The position numbers were made by a program, and so were the translations under genes. Shown here piece by piece: positions 63,752 to 64,000 of a DNA stretch of 64,000 nt. Position 1 is the stretch's first letter; the number at the start of each line of letters is the position of its first letter. Origin of the DNA: an uncultured Methanomassiliicoccales archaeon (GTDB lineage: Archaea; Thermoplasmatota; Thermoplasmata; Methanomassiliicoccales; UBA472); assembly GCA_963695345.1 (NCBI GenBank), contig OY968769.1, forward strand, positions 2,080,001 to 2,144,000, given 5' to 3'. A model generated the notes under the pieces. The model did no database searches, had not been told where the DNA came from, and was given only the letters and a program-made list of their open reading frames with translations.

Positions 63752-64000
63752 TTACCGCCTCGCGAACATTATTGAGAAGTAGTCGCTGTTCTCTGGCATG
63801 TCTGCCTCGCCGTAGATACGCTCGCCTGGCATGTAGATCCTCTCGGCCAGGAAGAATTGGTTATAGCCCCTGTTCCCGAAGCTCGTTGCACCTTTTCCCG
63901 AGGATGCCTGACCTTCAGCAGCACCATGCTCTCCGGATCGGGTCCGTCCGAGACGATGAAACCCCCGTTGATAGACAGCCCGGCCACTCGGGAGGCGAAC
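63752..64000 (-). CDS. cbiL: Cobalt-factor II C20-methyltransferase, C-terminal part (partial; +1 indels near 63888 and 63868)
   Basis: FAS..GLSI..VSDG..VLLKV..NELREQGY..LAERIYM..DYFSIMFARR*, directly upstream of cbiF. Confidence 0.7.
   Translation of the reverse strand, partial: VRLPSGRAVYQRGFHRLGRTRSGEHGAAEGQASSGKGATSFGNRGYNQFFLAERIYMPGERIYGEADMPENSDYFSIMFARR

Overview
Window from a moderately GC-rich methanogenic archaeon: it carries cfbE, HdrA/MvhD modules, SufCB (SmsCB) and archaeal BRE/TATA promoters, and its protein styles suggest Methanomassiliicoccales (inference). Layout: (i) 1-5.8 kb, the tail of rmlD, an FAD-less HdrA-ferredoxin-MvhD fusion, a USP-DUF485 + ActP transporter operon and Mrp/NifX; (ii) 5.9-42.4 kb, a ~36 kb cell-surface glycan locus with rmlABC, gmd/fcl, two flippases, GT2/GT4 enzymes, three GT-C-like polytopic proteins, and CDP-3,6-dideoxyhexose genes (rfbFGH) divergent from an SDR / ThDP enzyme / acylating acetaldehyde dehydrogenase / 4-hydroxy-2-oxovalerate aldolase / SDR operon; (iii) 42.4-51.4 kb, a wHTH regulator, sufCB, a stand-alone HdrA FAD domain, cfbE, a CPBP protease and an intact but apparently catalytically dead IS1634-like transposase; (iv) 51.5-64 kb, a cobalamin-type ABC importer, a ferritin-like protein, cobalt ECF transporter cbiMN-Q-O and the anaerobic cbi operon. 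Best leads: a candidate archaeal pathway to a C10 branched sugar (erwiniose-type), a complementary split HdrA, and a possibly domesticated transposase. About 10 single-base indels after 42.6 kb look like long-read errors. No tRNA, rRNA or CRISPR array was seen. All family calls come from motif recognition by eye, not database searches.
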